64,000 nucleotides of DNA from the NCBI GenBank assembly GCA_040766645.1, contig JAXGQA010000001.1, forward strand, positions 106,136-170,135. The letters are read 5' to 3'. The notes under the pieces are model-generated. The model saw nothing but the letters and a program-made list of their open reading frames with translations. It made no database searches and had not been told where the DNA came from. The position numbers and the translations under genes are program-made. Positions 50,002-63,737 of this stretch are shown here, piece after piece. Positions within the stretch are counted from its first letter, which is position 1. Each line of letters starts with the position of its first letter. Origin of the DNA: Christensenellales bacterium (lineage in GTDB: Bacteria > Bacillota > Clostridia > Christensenellales > UBA1431).

Positions 50002-51327
50002 ATGACAAACCTCGATGAAATCTGGCAAAAAGCGCTGGAAAAACTGAGATTGGAAGTGAATGAAGGAAACTTCAATTCCTATTTCAAAAACATAACGCCC
50101 ATCCAGATCATCGACGATGTACTGGTGCTCGAGGTCCCCTCCGACCTTTTGCGCAATATCATCAACCTTCGGTATTCGGTTGTACTCTCCAGCGCCGTGC
50201 GCTACGCGGCCGGCCGGGAGCTGGCCGTCGAAATGATCCTCCCCTCCGAGAGCTCGGCGCTGGGCGTGCAGAAAAGGTTTGTGCCCCCGCGTTTCTCCGC
50301 GCCGGAGCGGCCGCTTCTGAATTCGAAATACACGTTTGATACGTTTGTGGTCGGTAATTCCAACCGCTTCGCGCACGCGGGCGCGCAGGCGGTAGCCGAC
50401 CGTCCGGGCACCATATACAATCCGCTTTTCATTTACAGCGGCTCAGGCCTTGGAAAGACCCACCTGATGCTGGCCATCGGCCACCAGATCCTTCTGAACG
50501 ACCCTGCCAAGCGGGTGGAATATGTTACCAGCGAAACGTTCACCAACGAGCTGATACGCTCCATCCAGAAGGGCACAAACGAGGAATTCCGGCAGCGGTT
50601 CAGGAACGTGGACTGCCTGATGATAGACGACATCCAGTTCATCGCGGACAAGGAAAGCACGCAGGAGGAGTTTTTCCATACCTTCAACGCGCTGCACGAG
50701 ACCAACCGCCAGATCGTCATCACATCCGACAAGCAGCCCAAGGAGATTCCCTCCATAGAGGAACGCCTCCGCTCCCGGTTCGAATGGGGCCTCATCGCCG
50801 ACATTCAGCCACCCGACTACGAAACGCGCGTGGCCATCCTCTTTAAAAAGGCGCAGGCTGAGGACGTTTCCATCACCAACGAGATACTGTACTTCATCGC
50901 GGGGCAGGTGGAGAGCAATATCCGCGTGCTGGAGGGCGCGCTGAACCGCGTTATAGCCTACGCGACCCTCAACAACTGCCGCCCGACCATCGAAATAGCC
51001 CGGGAGGCGCTCAAGGACTTTTTTTCAAACCGCAAGAAGCAGATAACGCCCGACCTCATCATGCAGGTCGTGGCCGAGGAATATAACGTAAAGGTCGAGG
51101 ACCTGGCCACCAAGCGCCGCGACCGCGAGATATCCAACCCGCGTCAGATTTGCATGTTCCTTATCAGGGAAATGCTGGGAATGTCTTTGCCCAAGATAGG
51201 GGACCTGTTCGGGGGCCGCGACCATTCCACCGTGATGCACGCGTGCAAGGAGGTATCCGCCTGCATACAGGAGGACACGGCCTTCTCCATCAAAATAGAC
51301 GACCTCCGGGATCGCATACGGGAATGA
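50002..51327 (+). CDS. dnaA: Chromosomal replication initiator DnaA
   Basis: FD.FV.G.SN..A, GLGKTHL, IDDIQF, and the C-terminal DNA-binding R.I.NPRQI.M.L.RE....SL..IG..FGGRDHSTV. Confidence 0.95.
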   Translation: MTNLDEIWQKALEKLRLEVNEGNFNSYFKNITPIQIIDDVLVLEVPSDLLRNIINLRYSVVLSSAVRYAAGRELAVEMILPSESSALGVQKRFVPPRFSAPERPLLNSKYTFDTFVVGNSNRFAHAGAQAVADRPGTIYNPLFIYSGSGLGKTHLMLAIGHQILLNDPAKRVEYVTSETFTNELIRSIQKGTNEEFRQRFRNVDCLMIDDIQFIADKESTQEEFFHTFNALHETNRQIVITSDKQPKEIPSIEERLRSRFEWGLIADIQPPDYETRVAILFKKAQAEDVSITNEILYFIAGQVESNIRVLEGALNRVIAYATLNNCRPTIEIAREALKDFFSNRKKQITPDLIMQVVAEEYNVKVEDLATKRRDREISNPRQICMFLIREMLGMSLPKIGDLFGGRDHSTVMHACKEVSACIQEDTAFSIKIDDLRDRIRE

Positions 51328-51435
51328 ATCCCCAGCCTTTGCACAGACAAACCCGTCTTTTGCACCGCGCTTCCACACCCGGGAAACACTTTTTTGCACA
51401 GGCGAAAATGCTTGTCTGACGGGGCATCCGGCTGG

Positions 51436-51493
51436 TTTTTCACACTCTTAACAGGCCCTACGACGACGACTTCTTCTTATTAAATACTATTAC
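51436..51493 (+). promoter_or_regulatory. Candidate oriC unwinding module (box-like 9-mer, GC cluster, triplet repeats, AT-rich tail)
   Basis: tttttcaca at 51436-51444 (two mismatches to TTATCCACA), aggccc, then tac gac gac gac ttc ttc tta tta aat act att in strict period 3, in the dnaA-dnaN spacer. Confidence 0.4.
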
Positions 51494-51516
51494 GGCAACG
51501 CCAAGGAGGCACACCG

Positions 51517-52617
51517 ATGCGCTTTACATGTTTACAAACGGATCTGATGGGCGCGATACAGACCGTATCCCGAGCCATGGCGGCACCCCGGTCCACACTC
51601 CAGCTTCTGGAGGGCATCTTTCTGAAAGCCGAAAGCGACAGCCTTTGGCTCAAATGCATGAATATGTCCCTGGAGATAGAAACACGCATATCCGCGTCCG
51701 TGACCGAGGAAGGCCAGCTGGTGCTGCCCGGGCGCCTCTTCTCCGAGATCGTCCGCAGGCTCCCCTCCGACGAAGTAGAGATACGGACCGGGGAGAACGC
51801 CGCGGCCACCATCTCCAGCGGCACATCCCGTACAACGCTGCAGGGAATGCCCGCTTCCGAGTTCCCGTCCATGCCTTCCTTCAACGGGGCCGAGCCTGTC
51901 CTGCTGGAGCAGGCCATGCTCAGGGACATGATCAGAAAGACCGTGTTCGCCACCGCCCACGACGAAACCAAGCCGGTACTGACCGGCGCGCTGCTCGAAC
52001 TTCATGAAAACGCGGCCCTGATGGTGGCGTTGGACGGGTACAGGCTGGCGTTGCGCCGGGAAACGCTTGCGGCCGAGGCGCAGGACTACAGGGTAGTAAT
52101 CCCCGCGCGCTCGCTGAACGAGATCGCCAAGGTCCTGGGCGACGAGGGGGACACCGCAATGTACGGCGCATCCGGATACATGCGTTTTACGATGGGGGAG
52201 ACGTCGGTCATAACGCGGCTGCTGGAAGGTGAATTTATCAAATACGAGCAGATCATGCCCAAGGAGTACACCACGCGGGCCATCGTGGACAGCGGCCTTT
52301 TATGTGCGGGCATCGAGCGCGCGTCCCTCCTTGCGCGGGAGGGGCAGAACAACCTCATACGGCTTTCCGTATCCGAGGACGGCATCGCCATCACGTCACA
52401 GTCCGAGATCGGAAACGCGTACGAGAGCCTGCCCTGCGACTTTGAGGGGAAAGAGCTGGAAATCGCCTTCAACGCAGCGTATCTGCTGGATGTCCTGCAC
52501 GTTATCGAGGGCGAAAAGGTGATGCTGGACTTCAACAGCAGCGTCAGCCCGCTGGTCGTGCATCCGCTGGATGGGGACGCCTTCACCTATCTGGTGCTGC
52601 CCGTCAGGATATATTGA
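51517..52617 (+). CDS. dnaN: DNA polymerase III beta sliding clamp
   Basis: 366 aa between dnaA and recF, with three-domain clamp-like periodicity. LEGIFLKA, VATDGYRLA-like VALDGYRLA. Confidence 0.95.
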   Translation: MRFTCLQTDLMGAIQTVSRAMAAPRSTLQLLEGIFLKAESDSLWLKCMNMSLEIETRISASVTEEGQLVLPGRLFSEIVRRLPSDEVEIRTGENAAATISSGTSRTTLQGMPASEFPSMPSFNGAEPVLLEQAMLRDMIRKTVFATAHDETKPVLTGALLELHENAALMVALDGYRLALRRETLAAEAQDYRVVIPARSLNEIAKVLGDEGDTAMYGASGYMRFTMGETSVITRLLEGEFIKYEQIMPKEYTTRAIVDSGLLCAGIERASLLAREGQNNLIRLSVSEDGIAITSQSEIGNAYESLPCDFEGKELEIAFNAAYLLDVLHVIEGEKVMLDFNSSVSPLVVHPLDGDAFTYLVLPVRIY

Positions 52618-52682
52618 TAAAGAAACGGACATGCGGCGCTTAAAACAGCGCCGTTTGGTTTGCTTGGGGAGAAAACGCCTGT

Positions 52683-53756
52683 ATGTACGTCGAACGGATA
52701 CAGCTCCGGGATTTCCGGAACTATGCCGGACTGGATATCCAGCCGGTCAACGGCCTGAACGTTTTTTACGGCCGGAACGCGCAGGGGAAGACCAACGTTT
52801 TGGAGTCGGTTTATTTTTGTGCGCTGGGGAAATCGCACAGGGGCGCGCGCGATGCGGAACTGATACGCTGGGGGACCCGCGAGGCCCGGGCGCGCGTGCA
52901 GGTGCGGCGGGAGGGCCGTCCAGGTGCGGTGGAGATGCGCGTGACCGAGGGCGGCGCCAGGCGCGCGCTGGTGGACGAGGTTCCCATTACCCGCAGTGTC
53001 CAGCTGATGGGCGCGCTGCTGGTGGTGATGTTCTCGCCCGAGGACCTGAATCTTATCAAGGACGGCCCGGTCTGGCGGCGCCGGTACATGGACACGGTGC
53101 TGTGCCAGATAAAGCCGTCCTACCTGCACGACCTGCAGGTATACAACCGTGCCCTGCTGCAAAGAAACCGCCTGCTCCAGCGGCGGGAGACTGGCGCGCT
53201 GGAAGGGTTCGACCTCCAGCTGGGCGCGGCGGGAATCCGAATCGGGGCGGCGCGCAAAAAGCTTGTGTCGATGCTCGCCGAGGTCTGCGCCGCCGAGCAC
53301 GCGGCGTTGAGCGGGGGCGAAACGCTGGGCTTATCTTACCGTCCGGGGTTGGAGGCGAACGCGGCGGATGCGCAGGCGTATCTGGACGCGCTGCACAAAA
53401 GCCTGCCGGCAGACCTGCAGCGCGGGCACACTACCCGGGGGGTGCACCGCGACGACGTCGCCATCGAGGTCGCCGGGCGGGACGCGCGCAGATTCGGCTC
53501 GCAGGGCCAGCAGCGGAGTGCCGCGCTGTCCCTGCGCCTCGGCCAGTGTACGGTGATGGAGCGCGTGGTCAAAAAGCGGCCGGTGCTGTTGCTGGACGAC
53601 GTGCTGAGCGAGTTGGACCCGGTTCGGGTCAGCCGTCGTTTGCGCGGGCTTTCGGGCAGGCAGGCGCTGATGACCTGCACTGCGCCCCTGAAGGATACGG
53701 GGGCGGCGCCGTTTGCCGCGTTCTCGGTGCAGGAGGGAACAATAAGGCGCGCGTGA
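52683..53756 (+). CDS. recF: DNA replication and repair protein RecF
   Basis: FRNY, GRNAQGKTNVLE Walker A, signature GSQGQQRS and Walker B LLLDDV.SELD. Confidence 0.9.
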   Translation: MYVERIQLRDFRNYAGLDIQPVNGLNVFYGRNAQGKTNVLESVYFCALGKSHRGARDAELIRWGTREARARVQVRREGRPGAVEMRVTEGGARRALVDEVPITRSVQLMGALLVVMFSPEDLNLIKDGPVWRRRYMDTVLCQIKPSYLHDLQVYNRALLQRNRLLQRRETGALEGFDLQLGAAGIRIGAARKKLVSMLAEVCAAEHAALSGGETLGLSYRPGLEANAADAQAYLDALHKSLPADLQRGHTTRGVHRDDVAIEVAGRDARRFGSQGQQRSAALSLRLGQCTVMERVVKKRPVLLLDDVLSELDPVRVSRRLRGLSGRQALMTCTAPLKDTGAAPFAAFSVQEGTIRRA

Positions 53757-53923
53757 GCCTGATTTGCGTTTGCCTTCTTTATAAATTTTCCAAAATAGAG
53801 TATAATTGAGGCATGGAGCAATGGTCTCCCGTGATTCAGGATCCCCGGGGCCGGCCGTACGGTGCCGGAGACGGCGGGGAGCCGTTTTATGTATGGAATA
53901 AAACAGTCGGAAAGGAAAAAGCC

Positions 53924-54223
53924 ATGGTTTTGCATATTGGCGGGGATATGATCGTAGCAACGGAAAACATCGTTGCCATTATCGATGTGGATACGGCAAA
54001 CGCATCCAGGGAAATGCGCCTTTTTTTTAACGAGATAAAAACGGAATACGAGAAAAGAAATGCTGAGAGTTGCAAATCCTTCGTCATAACCAGCGATTTC
54101 CGCATGAGAAGGCGGAGCCTGCGGGGCGAAGCCCCCGAAAGGAAGAGCGTCATATACTGCTCCAACATTTCCTCGGGGACGCTTTTAAAGCGCTGCGGTT
54201 TCGTTGATAAGATAAACGGATAG
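53924..54223 (+). CDS. DUF370 protein (YaaB/RemB-like)
   Basis: [23 protein letters not shown]. Conserved position between recF and gyrB. Confidence 0.8.
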   Translation: MVLHIGGDMIVATENIVAIIDVDTANASREMRLFFNEIKTEYEKRNAESCKSFVITSDFRMRRRSLRGEAPERKSVIYCSNISSGTLLKRCGFVDKING

Positions 54224-54245
54224 TTATTTGGGAAGGGAAATTTAT

Positions 54246-56177
<1,932 letters not shown>

Positions 56178-56210
56178 CGCCGGGCCGGCTGCCGCAGGAG
56201 TGATAATTTT

Positions 56211-58685
<2,475 letters not shown>

Positions 58686-58692
58686 AAGCGAT

Positions 58693-58737
58693 AAAAAAAC
58701 CTCCTGTTGCGGGATGACCGCGGCGGGAGGTTTTTTT
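58693..58737 (+). terminator. Rho-independent terminator after gyrA
   Basis: aaaaaacctcc...ggaggttttttt with a 21-nt GC-rich loop region. Confidence 0.8.
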
Positions 58738-58915
58738 ATGCTGAGATTTTGCAGCACTATCGTGTGAGCAATAAGTAAACGGACAGAATCAGAAGCAGCA
58801 CGAATACCCGGAGCGAAGGTGCTTAAGGATAATTTAACAGCGTATTTTTTATGCTTGTTTTTTTCCGTCCGGCGGGGCGTTCTATCGGCGGTTTATTGCT
58901 TCCGCGTCCCCTTCT

Positions 58916-58999
58916 TCAAACTGTATGCCGTTGCAGGCTCCAGCGGTCCGTATCGTCCGTTTTGGGGTGGAGGTGGACGCACGCTTCCCATAAATTCAT
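58916..58999 (-). CDS. Candidate small ORF (27 aa) with strong RBS
   Basis: AAGGAGG then 7 nt then ATG. The product is MNLWEACVHLHPKTDDTDRWSLQRHTV, 52 nt downstream of the caspase-like gene. There is no other support. Confidence 0.2.
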   Translation of the reverse strand: MNLWEACVHLHPKTDDTDRWSLQRHTV

Positions 59000-59051
59000 G
59001 GGACAGCCTCCTTATGGGCATCGAAGGCATGAAAAACGGTTTTGCCCGCTT

Positions 59052-61280
59052 TTATATCACCGCGATGTCCTTTGTCGGCACATAGCCCTTCACGCCGCTT
59101 ATCCACACCGTATAGTAGCTGCCCCGGACCTGTATGATGCTCACGTACGCGCCGGCCTTCAGCGTCAGCTTTTTAGCGCTTTTCGCGCTGTGGTCGGCAT
59201 AGATGTAGCAGGTATTCCTGGCCTTGCCCGCGGCCGAGAGGCGTTTGCTGTTCATGGAGGCGTTCCCGGCCGGTATGTAACCGGTCTTGCCGCTTTTTTT
59301 CATCTTGTAGAAGCTCCCGGCCACCGACAGGGCGGTAAAGGTGCTGTTCTTCTTCAGCCTGAGGACGACGCGGCTGGAGGTGGAGGTGGAGGCGTAGACC
59401 GGGGAGGCTGCGACGGCCCTGCCCGTAACGTTGAGGCTCTTTTTGGTGCTTTTGGGCGCCCCGCCCTTCAGCTTCCCGGAAACGATGTCCATCTCGCTGC
59501 GGGGCACGAAGCCAACCTGTCCGTTTATCCAGCAATTGTAATATTTGGAGGATACCCACACGATAACCGCCGTCTGGCCCGCGGCCAGCGTCCGCAGACG
59601 GGTGCCGGAGGTCGATTGCGACTTATAAAGCCAGGTGGCCCGTTTCACCTTGCCGACGCCCAGCATATAGTTTGCGGTAGGGTAGGGGGCGATGGAGCCG
59701 GACGTCACCGAGACCGCGCTGGCGGGCACGTACCCGGTGTAGCCCGAATCTATGACCCTGAAATACTTGCCCGAGCCGCCGTAGACCGTTATCTGCTTCC
59801 CGGAGTTCAGGGTCAGAAGCCTGGTGCCGGAGGAGGAAGCGGTCGCGTAGACGTAAGTCTTGGTCTTTGTTTTGACCGTCCCTATCGACGGCAGGCCGGA
59901 AGAGCCGGATACGATGACGAGATTGCCGCTGTATACATACCCGGTGACCCCGGAGACCGATACTTTATAATAGGTCCCCGAAGCGCCGATGAGGTCGACC
60001 AGATTCCCCGCGTTCAGCGTCCGCAGCTTTTTGCCGGAGGAGGAAGCGGTCGCGTAGACGCAGGTCGTGATCCGTGCCTTGGCCACGCCGTTCCGCTTGA
60101 CGGCGGGCGTGGGCGTGCTCCCCGGCAGGCTGACGCTTTCCTTGTGCACGTAGCCGATAAACGTGTTGCCGCCGGAATCCCTGGCGCTGGCCTTGTAGTA
60201 GCTCCCGAAGGTGCCGTAAATCTTTATCTCCTGCTGTGCCGAGAGCCGGAGCAGGGAAGCCTTTGAGGCCAGCGTGGACGAGTACAGGTCGACCGCGCTT
60301 TTGGCTTTGCCGGTGGTCTTGGCGCCCGCTTTATCGTATTTGAGCAGCGTAAAGGACGGGTCGGCGGCGTAATACTGTGCGGTGGACGCACCCACAAGGT
60401 CCCCGTAATACGACGAGAAGATGGAAAGGGAAGACTGATACGCTTCCTGAGCGGTTACGGTCTTGTTGGCGTCGGCGTCAGCCGCGTAGCTGCCGTAACG
60501 CCCCAGCCCGTCGGTGAACGCGCGGGTGAAAAAGCCCATATCGTCCTCGCCCATCGCTTCGCCGTAGGATACCTCGGAGCCGGAGGACGCCGTGAACACG
60601 ACGTAGGAGGGCTGGTTCAAAAGCGCGCGCTCCACCCTGCCCGAGCCGGCGAAAGGCTCTAAAAGCGCCTGCGCAAAGCTTTCCTGGTCCGTGGCCGGCA
60701 CATCTTTGCTCTGCACAGAATCCGAAGCAGAGGGGGCCGATTCCGCCGACTTGCCTATAATACCCCCCGAATAACAGCAGTCCAGTATGACCACCTTGGT
60801 TCCGGGTACCTCGCGCAGCGCCGCCTCCAGGTCGTTCACCGTCAGGTATCCGTCGGAGGAGCCGTCGGAGAGAACGATGGAGGTACCGCCGGATGTGGCC
60901 CCGTGGCCGCTGAAAAAGAAGATGGATACGTCGTTGGCGTCGGCGCCGTAATAGGGGCTGGAGGTGCTTCCCGTGTTCAGCAGGCCCAGGAGGGTGCTCC
61001 GGCCGATGTTGGTTCGGATGGTCATCGCGCCCCTGGCGCGGCTGGTGCCGTCATAGGCTGCATTGCTGAACACATAGCCTGCCTCATGGGCGTCGTTGAG
61101 CGTGCCCGGCGCCAGATCGTTATAGGTACCGGCATAGTCGCCGCAGCCGACGAACAGCCCGCGCCAGGTGACCGGGTCGGCGGCCGCCCGCGCTCCCCCG
61201 GCGGGAACGGCGACGCCGAATACTGATAAAAGCAGAACCAGCGCAAGCAACAGTGCGGATTTTTTCATACGGTGGACCAT
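59052..61280 (-). CDS. Secreted caspase-family (peptidase C14) protein with six C-terminal SH3b repeats
   Basis: Signal peptide MKKSALLLALVLLLSVFGVAVPAGGARA. Catalytic dyad contexts FFFSGHG and VVILDCCYSGG. There are six units of the type ...VYA.AS.SG..L.TL..G......G..G.YY.V...G.TGYV. AGGAGG RBS at 8 nt. Confidence 0.8.
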   Translation of the reverse strand: MVHRMKKSALLLALVLLLSVFGVAVPAGGARAAADPVTWRGLFVGCGDYAGTYNDLAPGTLNDAHEAGYVFSNAAYDGTSRARGAMTIRTNIGRSTLLGLLNTGSTSSPYYGADANDVSIFFFSGHGATSGGTSIVLSDGSSDGYLTVNDLEAALREVPGTKVVILDCCYSGGIIGKSAESAPSASDSVQSKDVPATDQESFAQALLEPFAGSGRVERALLNQPSYVVFTASSGSEVSYGEAMGEDDMGFFTRAFTDGLGRYGSYAADADANKTVTAQEAYQSSLSIFSSYYGDLVGASTAQYYAADPSFTLLKYDKAGAKTTGKAKSAVDLYSSTLASKASLLRLSAQQEIKIYGTFGSYYKASARDSGGNTFIGYVHKESVSLPGSTPTPAVKRNGVAKARITTCVYATASSSGKKLRTLNAGNLVDLIGASGTYYKVSVSGVTGYVYSGNLVIVSGSSGLPSIGTVKTKTKTYVYATASSSGTRLLTLNSGKQITVYGGSGKYFRVIDSGYTGYVPASAVSVTSGSIAPYPTANYMLGVGKVKRATWLYKSQSTSGTRLRTLAAGQTAVIVWVSSKYYNCWINGQVGFVPRSEMDIVSGKLKGGAPKSTKKSLNVTGRAVAASPVYASTSTSSRVVLRLKKNSTFTALSVAGSFYKMKKSGKTGYIPAGNASMNSKRLSAAGKARNTCYIYADHSAKSAKKLTLKAGAYVSIIQVRGSYYTVWISGVKGYVPTKDIAVI

Positions 61281-61308
61281 GGTCTGAACCTCCTTAAATG
61301 CCCCCGGT

Positions 61309-62193
61309 TTACAGGTCGATGCCCAGTACCTGCTTGACGAGTATCCCGATCCCGAACGACAGAGCGGCAACGCCCAGGCTGATTGCCGTCATCTCTGCGA
61401 AGCGCCGCCTGAAGGGCAGGTCCTTGGCGACCGAGATATAATAATTGAACGCCGCAATGATGAGCACCACCATGCCAAGCATGATAAGCAGCGCGGGAAG
61501 ATACGATTTCTCGGGCAGCACCAGGAAGGGCAGCACCAGCAGCGCCACCGTCACCAGGTAGGCGATGCCGGTATAGAACGCGGATTTTTTCGCGTTCTGG
61601 CCGCCCTCTGAGCGGGAGGAGAGGAACTCGGACGACGCCATGGAAAGCGTGGCCGATATCCCCGTGATAAGCCCGGCCAGCGATATGAGGCTGTTGCTTT
61701 GCATCGCGAACGCAAACCCCGCAAGGCTCCCCGATATCTCCACCAGCGCGTCGTTCAGCCCCAAGACCATGGAGCCCACGTATTGCAGGCGTTCCTCGTC
61801 CAGCATGGCGATGAGCTGCAGCTCGTGCCGGGCCTCGTCCTCGTATATGCCGTGCGCCTCCGGGATCTCGCGCATCATTTCCTCGTAAAGCTCGGGTGAA
61901 ACCCCGCCCAGGGCGTTCAGCCTGGCTTCCATCCGCTTGATGGTGAACGTAAACCCGAACAGCCGGGACAAAAACGTATACCACAGGACCTTTCGCTTTA
62001 TGGGTTCCGCCGGCTTGCTGGTGTACTTATACCATATCTGATAGTGGTTCTGCTCCTCGTCAGCTATTTTTAAAAGCGTTTCGCGGTTGTGCTCGTCCCT
62101 GACCTTGCCGGCAATGCGCCGGTATATCGCCTGTTCGGTGAGCTCCAATGCCTCGATTTCAAGGAGCATGCGCCGCAATGCGTCGCTTACCAT
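61309..62193 (-). CDS. VIT1/CCC1-family Fe/Mn transporter with N-terminal ferritin-like domain
   Basis: N-terminal E..H four-helix-like region (EALELTEQAIY, ADEEQNHY, YEDEARH). C-terminal VIT1 membrane domain GLNDALVE..G...G and SM..SE(F/Y)LS. Confidence 0.85.
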   Translation of the reverse strand: MVSDALRRMLLEIEALELTEQAIYRRIAGKVRDEHNRETLLKIADEEQNHYQIWYKYTSKPAEPIKRKVLWYTFLSRLFGFTFTIKRMEARLNALGGVSPELYEEMMREIPEAHGIYEDEARHELQLIAMLDEERLQYVGSMVLGLNDALVEISGSLAGFAFAMQSNSLISLAGLITGISATLSMASSEFLSSRSEGGQNAKKSAFYTGIAYLVTVALLVLPFLVLPEKSYLPALLIMLGMVVLIIAAFNYYISVAKDLPFRRRFAEMTAISLGVAALSFGIGILVKQVLGIDL

Positions 62194-62223
62194 GGGAAAG
62201 ACCTCCTCTGTCAGGCCTCTTTC

Positions 62224-62284
62224 TGTGGATAACCTGAGAAAAACTGTTGATTACTGGTCCGAAAACCGGTAAAACTGTGGATAA
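62224..62284 (+). promoter_or_regulatory. Pair of perfect DnaA boxes upstream of the VIT1-family gene
   Basis: TGTGGATAA at 62224-62232 and 62276-62284, in the same orientation with starts 52 bp apart. The proximal box is 31-39 nt upstream of the VIT1 ATG. Confidence 0.7.
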
Positions 62285-62449
62285 AACCGCATTTGGAACA
62301 ATATGTCAACAGTCCCCGAACGGGACCGCCGGGTTTTGTGAAAAACCCTGGCCGGAATAATATGTTAATACCCGTTTTGGAGGCTGAATACACAGGAAAA
62401 TCCAAGACACACCGAACAGGTCGTGCGCACCGCCCTCGCCGGTAATGCC

Positions 62450-63544
62450 CTAAACGTTGAAACGGAAAAGCACGACGTCGCCGTCCTGCATCACGTAATC
62501 CTTGCCCTCCAGCCGCAAAAGCCCCTGCTCCTTCACGGCCTGCATGGAACCGCAGCGCATCAGCGTCTCATAGGGTACGATTTCGGCGCGGATGAAGCCG
62601 CGCTCAAAGTCGGTGTGTATTTTGCCGGCAGCCTGTGGCGCGCGGGTACCCCGCGATATGGTCCATGCCCGCACCTCCTTGGGTCCGGCCGTCAAAAAGC
62701 TTATGAGGTCCAAAAGTGCGTACCCCTCCTGCACCAGCCGGTCAAGCCCCGACGCCGTAAGCCCCGCGGCCTCCAGAAACTCGGCGCGCTCCTCCATGGG
62801 CAGGGAGGCGATCTCCTCCTCCAGCCGCGCGCTGATGACAAGCACCCGACTGCCCTCCTTTTGGGCAATTTCCTCAAGGCTTTGCACGAGGGGGAGGGAG
62901 GCGCCGTCGGCGATGTCGTCCTCCCCGATGTTGGCGGCGTACAATGTGGGCTTGGACGTCAAAAGGAAAAGGGATTTGATCAGATCGGCCTCTGCGTCCG
63001 TCTGCGCGAAGGTGCGGGCGGGCTGCCCGGACTCGAGGTGCGCGTACAGGCGCTTCAATGCCTCCAGCTCGTCCTTTACCTTCTTTTCGCCGCTTTTGGC
63101 CTGCTTGCCCGTGCGCTCCATCCGCTTTTCCAGCGTTTCCATGTCCGCGAATGTCAGCTCGAGGTTGATGGTCTCCACGTCGCGCGCGGGGTCCACGCTT
63201 CCATCCACGTGCACGATGTCGCCGTCGTCAAAGCACCGGACGACGTGCACCAGCGCGTCCACCTCGCGGATGTGGGACAAAAACCGGTTGCCCAGCCCCT
63301 CGCCCCGGCTGGCGCCGCGCACCAGCCCCGCAATGTCCACAAACTCGATGGCGGCGGGGGTCACCTTTTCGGGAGCGTACATCCTGGCCAGCGCGTCGAG
63401 GCGCGGGTCGGGCACCGCGACCACGCCGACGTTTGGTTCTATCGTACAGAACGGATAATTCGCGGCCTGCGCCCCGGCGGCGGTCACGGCGTTGAAAAGC
63501 GTACTCTTGCCTACGTTGGGCAGGCCTATAACACCCAGTTGCAT
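62450..63544 (-). CDS. ychF: Ribosome-binding ATPase YchF
   Basis: [30 protein letters not shown], and the C-terminal TGS-like GKDY.V.DGDV..FRFN. Confidence 0.9.
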   Translation of the reverse strand: MQLGVIGLPNVGKSTLFNAVTAAGAQAANYPFCTIEPNVGVVAVPDPRLDALARMYAPEKVTPAAIEFVDIAGLVRGASRGEGLGNRFLSHIREVDALVHVVRCFDDGDIVHVDGSVDPARDVETINLELTFADMETLEKRMERTGKQAKSGEKKVKDELEALKRLYAHLESGQPARTFAQTDAEADLIKSLFLLTSKPTLYAANIGEDDIADGASLPLVQSLEEIAQKEGSRVLVISARLEEEIASLPMEERAEFLEAAGLTASGLDRLVQEGYALLDLISFLTAGPKEVRAWTISRGTRAPQAAGKIHTDFERGFIRAEIVPYETLMRCGSMQAVKEQGLLRLEGKDYVMQDGDVVLFRFNV

Positions 63545-63737
63545 GCGGCTGTCTGTCCTTTCCTGGTAAAAAACGTTTGATACAGCATCATTGTACAATA
63601 CCGCCGCGGGACAGGCAAACGGATTCGCGCTCCGGCTTTGCGTTTTCGCAAATTTTTCGGCATTAAGGTTTTTTGCCGTAGTATTTTGAGATATAATTGT
63701 TAAGGTCCATCGGAGCGGGTAAAGGGGGAAATCTGTT

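Noticed and set aside
52618-52682. Missing yaaA (S4-domain RlbA) gene between dnaN and recF
   Set aside because: The spacer is only 65 nt with no ORF. Absence of this small gene is a lineage difference and not an anomaly worth flagging.
59099-59107. Perfect DnaA box TTATCCACA inside the caspase-like gene
   Set aside because: It is a single isolated 9-mer within a coding sequence. About 0.5 are expected by chance in 64 kb on both strands, and there are no neighbouring boxes.
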